A DNA stretch of 64,000 bases. Source: an uncultured Gammaproteobacteria bacterium (GTDB lineage: Bacteria > Pseudomonadota > Gammaproteobacteria > Arenicellales > JAANXG01). Positions 19,305 to 29,235 of this stretch are shown piece by piece (the first letter of the stretch is position 1; each line of letters opens with the position of its first letter). A program made the position numbers and the translations under genes. A model generated the notes under the pieces. It searched no databases and was not told the origin of the DNA. It saw only the letters and a program-made list of their open reading frames with translations. Where the stretch lies: contig CALZGZ010000105.1 in NCBI GenBank assembly GCA_945787105.1, forward strand, positions 19,730 to 83,729, given 5' to 3'.

Positions 19305-19478
19305 TCAGGCCAAAAAACCAAACATGATCAACCCAACTACGACCGTGGCGGTGGCCAGCACAACAGCACCTATTCCGAAACCAGAAATTTGCGGATTGGG
19401 ATCGTGATGGAAGATATTCACCCCATCATAACGACGTTTGCTTAGCCGATATTCACGAGCGCAGTTGAATTTACTCAT
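19305..19478 (-). CDS. small tail-anchored membrane protein (57 aa), below the ORF-track cutoff
   Basis: Read by hand: a GGAGAG Shine-Dalgarno sequence lies 7 nt upstream of the ATG at 19478. The peptide is 'MSKFNCAREYRLSKRRYDGVNIFHHDPNPQISGFGIGAVVLATATVVVGLIMFGFLA', a basic N part followed by one C-terminal TM helix. Confidence 0.4.
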   Translation of the reverse strand: MSKFNCAREYRLSKRRYDGVNIFHHDPNPQISGFGIGAVVLATATVVVGLIMFGFLA

Positions 19479-19778
19479 CTCTTGTCTCTCCGAGCTGCGG
19501 TAATCGAAGAGTCACCTCCTCATTTAGCGTAAAGCATAGTTCATGCCACAATGAAAGCAATACCATTGATAACGGCATTTCGAGCCTCGGGTCATGCGGT
19601 GACGAACTCGCTTGGACGTCGGGTGGGTTGCGGTGAGATATAGAGCAAACTTATTCCACGCGGCGGAAAGTATCGAGCTGTGGCCTCTTTCCCCGGGGTG
19701 AAAAAGATACCTGACAAAAATTCGCGTTAATAATGCAGGAATCACAGTTGCGGTGCTGATTCCAATTTTCATGTGATT

Positions 19779-20594
19779 TTAGACGACCTTGATGTGCCAC
19801 GGTTCATAACGCACCCCGAGGAGGTTGTCCGGGGGATAGCGTAACCGTGCGTAGCCCAGATCGACCAATTTTTTGAACTCGTCGGTTTTCGCAAAGTCTG
19901 AAGTAAAATTGCGCGCCCCCCATCCTCGCTTCCCGACATCGAAATCACCCGCGGCATGAAATGAGTAGCCCGGTGGGGCCAGTGAACGTGATGCGCTCGA
20001 GAGGTTGCCTTTGGTGTGTTGTGCCTTAGCGAGAAACAAATACATCTGTTTGGTAATTCCCCGTACACCCGAAGTGAGCACGACATCTTTCCCCAACTTG
20101 TCACGTATTTGCTTATAAGTCACCAATGGCGTCCCCTTAAACAGGTATTGCCCGGTGCGACGAACTTTGGTGCGGTTCCGATTGGGTACCCGATCGGTAA
20201 GGCCACTCAAGACCTTTTCCCCGTAAAATCCATAACGCGCTGCATCCCGGTAAAATATGTCTTCAAGAAAGTCAATTTCCTTTTTCATGAATCGCCCGAT
20301 CTTGGAATAGTTCCTACTGACGCGTAGCGTTTTGTCAAAATCCAATAACGCAAAATTGCCATGACCTACGATACCGCGCACGCGCCGCAGCCGGGCCACC
20401 ACCGATTTCAAGATGACCATTTGATCTGAGGAGAGGTGAACATCATCGACGTGGTCCGCATCAAAATTGCGCACCTTTTCAAAATAGGAATCTTCAGGGC
20501 GGCAGATCAGTGCATAGGCCGAGGTGGACACACCACCTGCGGAGGCCGAAATGAGAATCCCCCCTACCGTCTTTAAGAACCGTCTCTTGTCCAC
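19779..20594 (-). CDS. peptidase M15 (VanY/D-Ala-D-Ala carboxypeptidase-like) with Tat-type signal
   Basis: 271 aa with N-terminal 'RRFLKTVGG', zinc-ligand motifs 'SFHAAGDFDV' (SxHxxGxAxD type) and 'EPWHI'. Confidence 0.75.
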   Translation of the reverse strand: MDKRRFLKTVGGILISASAGGVSTSAYALICRPEDSYFEKVRNFDADHVDDVHLSSDQMVILKSVVARLRRVRGIVGHGNFALLDFDKTLRVSRNYSKIGRFMKKEIDFLEDIFYRDAARYGFYGEKVLSGLTDRVPNRNRTKVRRTGQYLFKGTPLVTYKQIRDKLGKDVVLTSGVRGITKQMYLFLAKAQHTKGNLSSASRSLAPPGYSFHAAGDFDVGKRGWGARNFTSDFAKTDEFKKLVDLGYARLRYPPDNLLGVRYEPWHIKVV

Positions 20595-20786
20595 CGTTTT
20601 TGTTTAAACTCTTGATGAACCAAACATAAGCACTTTTTGTTTACGTCAACTGTTAAAGTTTAACAAAGGTTGGCGATAATGGAAGCTAAATATTGAGTCG
20701 TCGCGCGACAAAAGTAGTCCTGCTGCGGACTGACGGCTACTGGTCTGAAGACAGTGATGTGCCGAAAATTCCCCGGGTCGGTCTCT

Positions 20787-23700
20787 CTAGAGGAGCACAC
20801 GCTCGATCCCGCCCGAATTTACCTTGCTCACGAACGTGTCCAGCCAGTCGTCACCCGTTAATCGCTTGATCAGCTCCACTACAATATAATCTACCTTCAG
20901 CCCAGTGTCATCGGCGTAGCGTGCCAAACCTTGCTGACAGGCAGGGCACGCTGTGAGCAGTTTTACCGCGCCGTTTTGAACGCGCCGCTTGCCGATTAAC
21001 TTGCGAATTCCTCTCTCTAATTCCTCCTGTTTACGGAAACGCACCTGGGTTGCGATGTCCGGACGCGCCACCGCAAATGTTCCCGCTTCACCGCAGCACC
21101 TATCAGACAGCAATACGGGTTGACCGATCAGTTTTGAAGCAACGCTTAACGGGTTATGCGTTTTCATCGGACTGTGACATGGATCGTGGTACATATATTC
21201 AATAGCGCTCACGCCTTCGAGGCCGTATCCTTTTTCCATAAGATACTCATGAATATCGAGTAATCGGCATCCAGAAAAGATTTGCTCAAATTCGTAGGTA
21301 AGCAATTGATCCATGCATGTTCCACAGGAAACAATCACTGTTTTGATATCTAAGTAGTTAAGGGTATTGGCGACCCGATGAAACAGTACTCTGTTCTCGG
21401 TGGTGATTTGACTGCCTTTAATAATGTCGCCGCTGGATGTTTGAGGATAACCGCAACAAAGATATCCCGGAGGTAACACCGTCTGCACGCCCGCCTCGTA
21501 CAACATCGCGAGCGTCGCGAGGCCGATCTGGCTGAATAGCCGTTCCGATCCGCACCCCGGAAAGTAGAACACCGCCTCGGAGTCCTCGGTAACTCTGACC
21601 GGATCGCGCAGGATCGGTATGGTCTCATGGTCTCCTAGCTGCAACAGCGATCTCATCGGCTTGCGCGGCAGCGTCTTCGGCAGGGGCCGGTTCACGAAAT
21701 GGATGACTTGTTCCGTGACTGTTGGTTTACGTGTGGTCGCCGGCGGTCGTTGTTTATCGGTGTGGAGACCAGGAATACCCTGGAACAAACGGTAAGCGGC
21801 CCGCTGTCCCCGGTATCCCCATTCGATCATAGCTTTGCGCATGATGTTGATCATCGCCGGATCCTTGACGTTGAGAAACGCCATCGCCAGTGTGGTGCCA
21901 ATGCTAGAATGCCGCTTGCCGCGTTCTCTTAGAATCTTACGCATGTGTATCGTCACGTCACCGAAATCGATGTCTACCGGGCACGGATTGACACATTTGT
22001 GACAGATCGTGCAGTGGTCCGAGACGTCGTTCATTTCGTCAAAGTGCCGCAGTGACAATCCGCGACGTGTTTGTTCTTCGTAGAGAAATGCCTCGATGAT
22101 TAACCCGGTGGCGAGAATTTTATTTCGCGGCGAGTATTGCAGGTTTGCTCTGGGCACATGGGTATTACACAATGGTTTACACTTCCCACAACGCAGACAA
22201 TGTTTGATCATGTCATTGAGCTTGCCGAGCTCACTTTCTTCCAGGATCAACGCCTCTTGTTGCACTAATCTCAATGACGGTGTATAGGCATTTTGTAAGC
22301 CCGACCCGACGAGTAACTTTCCGCGATTGAAGCGTCCGTCGGGATCCACTTGTTGTTTGTACCTCGCGAACGCCTGCACCGCTGCGGGTTCGAGATAGCG
22401 TATCTTGGTGAGACCGATTCCATGTTCGCCAGAGATCACCCCACCCAGCGAACGCGCCAGGGACATGACCCGATCGACAATGCGTTCTGCACAGTGCAGC
22501 ATCTCATAGTCATTGGAGTTCACAGGAATGTTCGTATGCACGTTGCCGTCTCCCGCATGCATATGCAGGGCGACGAATAAGCGACTACTGCGAATGTCGG
22601 CGTGTATGGCATCCAATTGGTCACGTACCACCTGCATGTCGCCGCCGCTAAAGATATCCTTCAGCGGTTTTTCCATCTCGCTGCGATAGGAAATGCGCAG
22701 TTGCCGGCGCAGGAGCAACCCGAGAAGGGTGCCGTCCTTCGGCGCATCGGCGGCAAAGGTCTTGGGTAACATGTTCTGCGCTTCGGCCACCGGCGTGTCG
22801 AGATGATCCAAGATGGATTGCCAGCGTTGGCTGGCGTCGGCTATAACGCCTAGCGCCGTTGTGCGTTTGTCAACCAAAATGGCGCTGGTCTCATCACTGG
22901 GTTCCAACTCGGTTCCCGCCTGTAACCCCCGCACATCACCGGTGAGATAGTCGGTGACCGCAGCGGCAATGCGCAGCTTATTTTTAATCGACTGCTCTAT
23001 ATTGATCCGCTCGATGCCTTCACTGTAATCCGCGAGCTTATCCAGTGGGATGACCACATCTTCATTAATCTTGAAAGCGTTGGTATGTGCGGCGATCGCG
23101 GCGGTGCGCGCGCGATCGAGCCAGAACCGTTGCCGGGCCTTGGGACTGGTGGCGATAAACCCCTCAGCGTCGCGGAGGTTGGCTATGCGCACCACTTCGG
23201 AGGCCGCTTGCGCCACGGCCTGCCGATCATTGCCGGAGATATCCGCGATCAGAATCATCTTGGGTAATTCACCCCGGGAGGCCTTGGGGCTGTAATCCAC
23301 CGCCTTTACATAACGATCATCCAAATGCTCGAGTCCGGAAAGCGCGACGCCGTCGCGCCCGTCGACATGGTGCTTGATCTCAACAATGGCCGGTACCGCG
23401 CGCCTAAGATCGCGGCCATAAAACTCGAGGCACACCGTGTAAGTGAACCGCGGCATGTCATGCAGCACGAATACCCCGGATGTGATAATTCCATCGCAGC
23501 CTTCCTTTTGCACCCCGGGCAGCCCACCGAGAAACTTGTCGGTGACATCTTTTCCAAGTCCATGTTTGCGCAACGATTGCCCGGAGAAGCGCAGTGTTTC
23601 AGGTGTACCGACCGGCGCTCCCCCCAACTCCTTGAATCTCGTGACCTGGAACTCCACTTGATCCTGCTCATGGATCTTGCCGAGGTTACGCCCCAGGCGC

Positions 23701-24644
23701 TTCACCTCCAGCCATTCGCCGCTTGGGGTGACCATCCGCCAGGACAGAAGGTTGTCGAGGGTGGTGCCCCACATCACCGCCTTTTTACCCCCTGCGTTCA
23801 TGGCGATGTTGCCGCCGATGGTTGAAGCGTCCTGGGACGTGGGATCGACCGCAAACACCTTGCCATGCTCCGCCGCCAGTTCAGCCACCCGGCGGGTTAC
23901 GATGCCGGCTTCCGCCCGCACTGTGGCAATCGGTTGTGTCATGCCGGAGACCGATACCATCTGCACGTCGCTCAGGCGTTCGAGTTTTTCTGTGTTCACA
24001 ACTACCGAGTCTTCGTTCAGTGGCACCGCTCCACCGGTGTAACCCGTGCCCCCGCCTCGAGGAATGATGGTCAAGCCAAGTTCGATGCATGCTCGAACAA
24101 TGGCTGCTACCTCAGCTTCACCATCGGGATAGATGACCACAAGCGGTAACTCCACCCGCCAGTCGGTGGCGTCGGTAACGTGGGATACGCGGGCCAGGCC
24201 GCTGAAATCGATGTTGTCGTCGCGTGTGCAGCGGCGTAACCGCTGACGCACCACACGGCGCTGCTGAGTGATGCGATCGAACCAGCTGGAGAAGCGTTGC
24301 AACGCGTCGCGGGCCGAGGACGACAAAGCCAACGCATCGTTATTACCCTGTGCGCGTGTCACAATCTGATCGAGACGCTGATGCATCACTTGACTCATCG
24401 CATTTCGGCGTTTCCGGTTAGCAAGCAGATCGTCTTGAATGAACGGATTTCTTGTCACCACCCACATATCGCCCAGTACATCGAACATCATGCGCGCGGA
24501 ACGCCCGGTCCGTCGTGAACCGCGTAAGCGATTCAATAAGTTCCAATTGTCTTCGCCCAGAAATCGGATCACGATCTCACGATCCGAGAATGACGTGTAG
24601 TTGTATGGTATCTCGCGGATACGTACGCTGGGTTGAGGGCTCAT
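20787..24644 (-). CDS. large fusion oxidoreductase: DUF3683-like N domain, FAD-linked oxidase (GlcD-like), 2x[4Fe-4S] and CCG (GlcF-like) domains
   Basis: Motifs in order: '[17 protein letters not shown]' (DUF3683-type N terminus), '[16 protein letters not shown]' (FAD_binding_4), '[12 protein letters not shown]', '[11 protein letters not shown]' and '[12 protein letters not shown]' (ferredoxin-type), '[10 protein letters not shown]' and 'YHDPCHSP' (CCG). The start is taken at 'MSPQPS' (24644); the ORF track start is 24710. Confidence 0.85.
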   Translation of the reverse strand: MSPQPSVRIREIPYNYTSFSDREIVIRFLGEDNWNLLNRLRGSRRTGRSARMMFDVLGDMWVVTRNPFIQDDLLANRKRRNAMSQVMHQRLDQIVTRAQGNNDALALSSSARDALQRFSSWFDRITQQRRVVRQRLRRCTRDDNIDFSGLARVSHVTDATDWRVELPLVVIYPDGEAEVAAIVRACIELGLTIIPRGGGTGYTGGAVPLNEDSVVVNTEKLERLSDVQMVSVSGMTQPIATVRAEAGIVTRRVAELAAEHGKVFAVDPTSQDASTIGGNIAMNAGGKKAVMWGTTLDNLLSWRMVTPSGEWLEVKRLGRNLGKIHEQDQVEFQVTRFKELGGAPVGTPETLRFSGQSLRKHGLGKDVTDKFLGGLPGVQKEGCDGIITSGVFVLHDMPRFTYTVCLEFYGRDLRRAVPAIVEIKHHVDGRDGVALSGLEHLDDRYVKAVDYSPKASRGELPKMILIADISGNDRQAVAQAASEVVRIANLRDAEGFIATSPKARQRFWLDRARTAAIAAHTNAFKINEDVVIPLDKLADYSEGIERINIEQSIKNKLRIAAAVTDYLTGDVRGLQAGTELEPSDETSAILVDKRTTALGVIADASQRWQSILDHLDTPVAEAQNMLPKTFAADAPKDGTLLGLLLRRQLRISYRSEMEKPLKDIFSGGDMQVVRDQLDAIHADIRSSRLFVALHMHAGDGNVHTNIPVNSNDYEMLHCAERIVDRVMSLARSLGGVISGEHGIGLTKIRYLEPAAVQAFARYKQQVDPDGRFNRGKLLVGSGLQNAYTPSLRLVQQEALILEESELGKLNDMIKHCLRCGKCKPLCNTHVPRANLQYSPRNKILATGLIIEAFLYEEQTRRGLSLRHFDEMNDVSDHCTICHKCVNPCPVDIDFGDVTIHMRKILRERGKRHSSIGTTLAMAFLNVKDPAMINIMRKAMIEWGYRGQRAAYRLFQGIPGLHTDKQRPPATTRKPTVTEQVIHFVNRPLPKTLPRKPMRSLLQLGDHETIPILRDPVRVTEDSEAVFYFPGCGSERLFSQIGLATLAMLYEAGVQTVLPPGYLCCGYPQTSSGDIIKGSQITTENRVLFHRVANTLNYLDIKTVIVSCGTCMDQLLTYEFEQIFSGCRLLDIHEYLMEKGYGLEGVSAIEYMYHDPCHSPMKTHNPLSVASKLIGQPVLLSDRCCGEAGTFAVARPDIATQVRFRKQEELERGIRKLIGKRRVQNGAVKLLTACPACQQGLARYADDTGLKVDYIVVELIKRLTGDDWLDTFVSKVNSGGIERVLL

Positions 24645-25096
24645 CGCGATCTTGGGTTGAAAGTTACGGTCGGACTGCGAATTGTAAAGGAGCCGGCAAA
24701 CGCCAAACACCCGCCGTGATCAAAGCGTGGCCGATTTGTGGGTCAAAAATCAGGATCAAAGTGTTGTTGCTGGCGCTACGGCCATAATCTGCGCAAATAT
24801 ATTTTTCGTTGTCATAGATCGATGTCCTTGCCCGCCTTCATTGCCAGGTAAACCAGTAAGCAAAGAAGCACGAGTCGCAGGATCCAACCATGCGGTGCGA
24901 ATAGCATCACTAAAAAAGCAAACCCAGCCAGTCCTGTCTGGATAGGATGGGACTTTAATGTAGTTTACAATCTGATCTGGCATAACGACTCCTGGCTGCA
25001 ATAGTCTGATTAGGTTAACACTAAGCTGAAATTGCCGCGATCGCACAAACCGCGGCACACGCTGCTATAGTTGGAACATATCCCTAGTATGCGACC

Positions 25097-26176
25097 ATGT
25101 TCACCGCTCTCATACGATTTACGTTCGCGCTGATTGCCGCCGCCGTGGTGGGCTTGACGGTCTATGAATTGCGGGATCGATACTCCGCTGCGTCATTGGT
25201 ACTGACGGTCGACCCAATGGAAAGGGCGGAGCAACTCGCGCAGCAACGCCGTTGGGCCGAGACCAAGTGGCTCGCGGACTTCACGCGGGATCATCCTGCT
25301 ATCGGAGATATGGGGCATGCGCGGCGTTTGTCGCTCGAGGCGGAGTCTCATCTACGCGGCGTACGTGAACGCGCCGCCCGGTTTGTGTCTGGCGCCGTCA
25401 CTGGGGAACCGGCGGATTTGTTCAGCTTGATGGGCAGCTTGTCTCTCGATCTTTTTGTCATCGGCGATATTCGCGACATCGCCGTTCAGGGCTGGAAGCA
25501 GATGCATTACGGGTCCGGTGATGAGATCGTGCTCGCCCTGTCCGCGACCGGCCTGGCGACCACGCTAATGCCGCATATGGATTGGGCGCCGGCGTTGCTC
25601 AAGGCGCTCAAGCGGGTTGGGGCATTGAACGCGAGGCTGATTCAAACCCTCAAAGTGACCAGCCGGCACGCCTTACGCACCGGTGATTTCGGTAAACTGA
25701 GTGTAATGGTCAAAGATGTTGGCGACGTAGCCTGGAGGCTTGGGCCGGGCCCTTTGCGCGGGGCGATGCCCGCCGTTGAGACCGCGGCTGATTTGTCGAA
25801 ACTGGCCGATGCAGCGAAAGTCAATGCACGGGACACCTATGTGTTGACTTCGCTATTCGGAACTCGCGGGATCCGGCGCTTACACGCAGGTGGTAGTAAC
25901 ATCACCGGCCTCGTGGAGTCGATAAAAATGGGGTCCCGCGCCGCAAAAATAGCCAAGAAAATTATTGGCACAATAAGTCCGGCTTGGTTGCTGTTATTGC
26001 TCGGCGCCTCGATATTAACGCTTTGGTGGAGTGCGTGGCCACGGCGGGCGCGGCGCAAGAGGCGAGCGCCAAGACGTCAGCGAATCGAACCGGTTCTGAG
26101 TGCCACGTTAGCACCTCAAATGAGTCACGCCGCTGACACTACGACCCCTCCTGCGCTACGCCCGTTGATCAGGTAG
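25097..26176 (+). CDS. hypothetical membrane protein (359 aa)
   Basis: Long ORF with an N-terminal TM ('FTFALIAAAVVGLTVY'), a C-terminal TM ('WLLLLLGASILTLWW'), and an Arg-rich tail 'PRRARRKRRAPRRQR'. No recognised family. Confidence 0.55.
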   Translation: MFTALIRFTFALIAAAVVGLTVYELRDRYSAASLVLTVDPMERAEQLAQQRRWAETKWLADFTRDHPAIGDMGHARRLSLEAESHLRGVRERAARFVSGAVTGEPADLFSLMGSLSLDLFVIGDIRDIAVQGWKQMHYGSGDEIVLALSATGLATTLMPHMDWAPALLKALKRVGALNARLIQTLKVTSRHALRTGDFGKLSVMVKDVGDVAWRLGPGPLRGAMPAVETAADLSKLADAAKVNARDTYVLTSLFGTRGIRRLHAGGSNITGLVESIKMGSRAAKIAKKIIGTISPAWLLLLLGASILTLWWSAWPRRARRKRRAPRRQRIEPVLSATLAPQMSHAADTTTPPALRPLIR

Positions 26177-26291
26177 CCACGCATGGTGGGTGTGAAAATC
26201 GATGCTGTTGGGTGCTGATTCGCGATTGAATTGACATCCGCTGCTTGACATCGGACACAAGAAAGAAGAACCTGATTCATATTGCCGTTCA

Positions 26292-26975
26292 TTGGTTTTA
26301 CTGATGGGACAAATTGCGTTTGCCGAACTTCGACGGTTGATGCTGAAAGTCATCGCGGCCCACGCCCAGGTATCCAGCGAAATGACTGGTCGGGCGGTAT
26401 TGGCTCCGCGGGTGGTGGAGGTCATGGGAGAAGTGCCACGTCATGAATTCGTTCCTGAGGAGTACCAGGCGTACGCGTATGAAGATGGTCCACTCCCGAT
26501 CGGTCACGACAAGACCATCTCGCAGCCGTTTATCGTCGCTTTGATGGTGGATCTATTGGATCTGAATGACAAGGACACAGTGTTAGAGGTCGGAACCGGT
26601 CTTGGCTATCAAGCGGCGGTGATGAGCCGCTTGGCGTCCAAGGTATACACCATGGACATCATGCAGGATTTGGCAACGGATGCCGTGGATCGTCTGAAAG
26701 ACCCGGCCGGTTATGACAACGTGGAAGTTCGAATCGGCAATGGCTACTACGGCTGGTTAGATTATGCGCCCTTCGACAAGATCATCGTTGCCGCCGCGCC
26801 GGAGCATATCCCTTCGCCCCTAGTGGAACAGTTGAAGCCAGGTGGGCGCATGGTGTTGCCGCTCGGTACGCTCGATGATCAACAGTTGGTGGTGGTTGAA
26901 AAGGACCGAGCCGGGGAAATCAAAACCCATCCCATATTACCGGTCCGGTTTGCGCAATTGGTAATCGCACATTAA
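26292..26975 (+). CDS. pcm: protein-L-isoaspartate O-methyltransferase
   Basis: Motifs 'VPRHEFVP', 'TISQPFIVALM', SAM motif 'VLEVGTGLGYQAAV', and 'GGRMVLPLG'. Confidence 0.85.
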   Translation: MVLLMGQIAFAELRRLMLKVIAAHAQVSSEMTGRAVLAPRVVEVMGEVPRHEFVPEEYQAYAYEDGPLPIGHDKTISQPFIVALMVDLLDLNDKDTVLEVGTGLGYQAAVMSRLASKVYTMDIMQDLATDAVDRLKDPAGYDNVEVRIGNGYYGWLDYAPFDKIIVAAAPEHIPSPLVEQLKPGGRMVLPLGTLDDQQLVVVEKDRAGEIKTHPILPVRFAQLVIAH

Positions 26976-26979
26976 GTGA

Positions 26980-28071
26980 TTACTTCAGATAGATGGGTGG
27001 AATCTCGCGCTGCCGTTTGTAATCCTTGATGTAGAAAATAATCGGTACGCGCAGTTCTAGTTCATTGCCGACGATCTCGGGCGGCATCGTAGGAAACGGA
27101 TCCGCCCGCTTCACCATCTGCATGGCCTCTCCATCCAATAACGTATGCCCGGAACTGCGCTCTAACCTGGAGGTTAATACGTTGCCGTCGCGCCCAATGG
27201 TAAAAAGGACGATGACCGTGCCTTGTTGTCCCTCCAACCACGCATCCCGTGGATATCGCATGTTGCGTTGTAACCATCCCTTGAGCACCCCGGCGTACTG
27301 TGCGGTCACTCCGCGCACCAGCCGTTGTTGAACCGGTGAGGTAGGTGTTGGCGCAGCACGCGCGATCACATCCTCCGCAGGTGTCAACGGTTCGGTTTCC
27401 ACAGCGGGTCGTTCGGGAACACTTTTGATCTGTTGAGGAATCGCCGACGTGAGTTCGTCGAATTGGTTCCGCGGTGATGGAACGTACTCTACCGACGCGA
27501 CATCCTTGCCCGTTACTACATTTGGATGAATGGCCTCTAATTGTAATGATGTCACAGCCACTGGTGGCGCTGCGGTTGAAACGTCTCTCACCACTCGCTC
27601 CGCTTCGTAGACAATCTGGTTTTTTTCAGTCTCCGCACCCGTGGCTTGAGGATTTGGGAGCGACGCCTCGGCCTGGATCTCCGGGTTGGTAATAGTATTT
27701 ACCGGGGGTTCTTCCAACACCAACGGTGGCGCACTCAATACGTCCGATGCCTCACTGGTAAGCGCCTTGGTTGGTTCCGGTGGCGAGGCCGGTGGCGCCG
27801 GTTTGGCGGGTCGGATACTTGCGGCATCCAATGCATTACGCGGCTGAGTCAACTGGCTTCTTATATCGCTAACTGATTCGGCAGGCTGCGGCACAGGTGC
27901 GGCATGCTCCCGTTGTTGTCTAAGCTTGTCTTCCAGTGCAATGACGATGCCGGTGCTCACCATAGGTGGATCAACGCGTGCTGTCGGTTGGCTCAACCAG
28001 AGAAGCCCGAAAACATGAGTGGCGGTCGCCACCGATAGCGCCGCCCACCAGTGTGATGCGCGAATAACCAT
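26980..28071 (-). CDS. tonB: energy transducer TonB
   Basis: N-terminal anchor 'MVIRASHWWAALSVATATHVFGLLWL', a Pro-rich spacer, and a C-terminal TonB domain ('YPRDAWLEGQQGTVIVLFTIGRDGNV...LDGEAMQMVKRADPFP'). The start is set at 28071. The ORF track start at 28164 lies inside the inserted repeat. Confidence 0.8.
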   Translation of the reverse strand: MVIRASHWWAALSVATATHVFGLLWLSQPTARVDPPMVSTGIVIALEDKLRQQREHAAPVPQPAESVSDIRSQLTQPRNALDAASIRPAKPAPPASPPEPTKALTSEASDVLSAPPLVLEEPPVNTITNPEIQAEASLPNPQATGAETEKNQIVYEAERVVRDVSTAAPPVAVTSLQLEAIHPNVVTGKDVASVEYVPSPRNQFDELTSAIPQQIKSVPERPAVETEPLTPAEDVIARAAPTPTSPVQQRLVRGVTAQYAGVLKGWLQRNMRYPRDAWLEGQQGTVIVLFTIGRDGNVLTSRLERSSGHTLLDGEAMQMVKRADPFPTMPPEIVGNELELRVPIIFYIKDYKRQREIPPIYLK

Positions 28072-28073
28072 TA

Positions 28074-28390
28074 GCCCATATATTTCACCAAGGATCCCGG
28101 AAGCTGGCGAAGGGACTTGTCCTGCGCGTAGTTCCCCTGCTGTCCCCCTGCTGTGCGGGGACAAGGCGGGGACAAGTGCCGCGCTAGAACGAAATCCATA
28201 GCCGCAGCTATGGGTTGAGTGAATCGCAGGTTCAGGCGTTCGAGATAGAGCCAGGGCCGGGATAGCCCTGCGACTATTCTCCCGGAATAACCTGGAGACT
28301 CGTATGTTGCCATTTCAATTAAGTTACACGGTAAAGTTCTTAGCTTGGCACCATGAATAGTCGCAGCGCGCCTTGGTGCACTATGCGGGT
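28074..28390 (+). repeat. MITE-like element, copy B (317 bp), flanked by TA/TA
   Basis: Terminal inverted repeats: 'GCCCATATATTTCACCAAGG' (28074-28093) and the reverse complement of 28371-28390, 'ACCCGCATAGTGCACCAAGG' (15/20). TA lies at 28072-73 and 28391-92. The core 'GAAATCCATAGCCGCAGCTATGGGTTGAGTGAATCGCAGGTTCAGGCGTTCGAGATAGAGCCAGGGCCGGGATAGCC' is shared with copies C and D. Confidence 0.8.
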
Positions 28391-28800
28391 TACGGTTCGG
28401 GTCTTTCGGTCAACAACAGCAGTCGTTTCACACCGGCGTCCTTCAAGTGTTCCATAAGCCGAATTAGTGTAACAGCATCTAATCCAGCATCGGCTTTTAT
28501 TCTCACCCTCATCGCCGGTTCTTCATCCAGCAATTGTGTCACCGCGCTCAGCAGCAGATCTTGCTCCATTTCGTTATCATCGAGCGCTACGCGACCATCA
28601 TTGGAGATCAGGATCAGAATGTCGCGACGGGTATCGATCTGACCTCCGCTCGCGGAGGCCGGCGGCTGTATGTCCAGCACTTCCGGCGATGTGATTCGTC
28701 CCAACAACATGAAGAAGATAAGTAGCAGAAATACAATATTAACCAGCGGAACAATACTCGGTTCCTTGTAACCTCGGTCGCTAACCCCTCGCAGCTTCAT
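28390..28800 (-). CDS. exbD: biopolymer transport protein ExbD/TolR
   Basis: 136 aa with 'IVPLVNIVFLLLIFFML' as a single TM, followed by a periplasmic domain. Confidence 0.85.
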   Translation of the reverse strand: MKLRGVSDRGYKEPSIVPLVNIVFLLLIFFMLLGRITSPEVLDIQPPASASGGQIDTRRDILILISNDGRVALDDNEMEQDLLLSAVTQLLDEEPAMRVRIKADAGLDAVTLIRLMEHLKDAGVKRLLLLTERPEP

Positions 28801-28809
28801 GCTGTGTGC

Positions 28810-29235
28810 CTATTTACGTACCAAGGAAATGTCTTGCACGCCGGTCGCGTACAGCGCATCGAGCACTACGACAACCCGCTGTAATGCCACGCCTTTGTCT
28901 GGCTGTACCAAGAACTGACGCTCCCCGACGGTTTGGATGAATTGCGCCGCACGTGCCTGCAGCTGGTTCACAGTAATTGGTTCTCCATTAAGGTCCAAAC
29001 TACCGTTACGTTTCACGCGCAGCAAAACCGTTTTCGACGTGCGCGCCGACTCAGCGATCGCGGGCGTCATTAATCCCACGGCGCGCTGATCTGAAAAGCT
29101 TGAGGCGAGCATAAAAAATACAAGCAGGATAAAGACGACGTCGACCAGTGGCGTCAGACTGACAAGCGGTCGGCGATGCCGAATGCTGTTATTCGACGCT
29201 TTGGCGAGTATTTGCGTGTAGGTTTGGGATTCCAT
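28810..29235 (-). CDS. exbD: biopolymer transport protein ExbD/TolR (second paralog)
   Basis: 'LTPLVDVVFILLVFFML' TM plus a periplasmic domain. The start is taken at 'MESQTY' (29235), which overlaps the exbB 3' end by 47 nt. The ORF track start is 29286. Confidence 0.8.
   Translation of the reverse strand: MESQTYTQILAKASNNSIRHRRPLVSLTPLVDVVFILLVFFMLASSFSDQRAVGLMTPAIAESARTSKTVLLRVKRNGSLDLNGEPITVNQLQARAAQFIQTVGERQFLVQPDKGVALQRVVVVLDALYATGVQDISLVRK

Noticed and set aside
19524-19772. 82-aa minus-strand ORF directly after the M15 peptidase gene ('MKIGISTATVIPALL...CRYQWYCFHCGMNYALR').
   Set aside because: There is no Shine-Dalgarno sequence and no recognisable motif, and the composition is odd. 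It could be real, since it starts 6 nt after the peptidase stop codon, but I cannot support it from sequence alone.
24756-25058. The 100-aa ORF, and a hand-read ~32-codon hydrophobic ORF ('MLFAPHGWILRLVLLCLLVYLAMKAGKDIDL'), in the divergent intergenic region between the FAD/Fe-S gene and the orphan membrane protein gene.
   Set aside because: The candidate frames overlap and compete. None has a clear RBS or motif. The region is more simply a shared promoter region.
28072-28164. The 31-codon N-terminal extension of tonB in the ORF track (start at 28164).
   Set aside because: The extension is encoded entirely by the inserted repeat. The canonical TonB N terminus (short basic segment plus TM) begins at the ATG at 28071, which also reconstructs a TAATG junction with exbD. 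It is kept as a possibility only in the copy B finding.
28113-28180. Short tandem duplication (CCCCTGCTGT x2, GCGGGGACAAG x2) that at first glance looked like a repeat array.
   Set aside because: There are only two units per arm and no spacers, and it sits inside the MITE-like element. It is a duplicated hairpin arm, not a CRISPR or VNTR array. No CRISPR-like repeat-spacer structure was seen anywhere in the window.
28071-28313. ORFs inside the repeat copies that share a conserved peptide: 'LERLNLRFTQPIA' (28071..28313), 'LERLHLRFTQPIA' (40958..41188) and 'MRFTQPLA' (43247..43492).
   Set aside because: The conservation is explained by nucleotide identity of the repeat core. The copies differ by indels, such as the hairpin module in B and D, that break any common frame. 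The ORFs have no consistent starts or stops and run across the TIRs.
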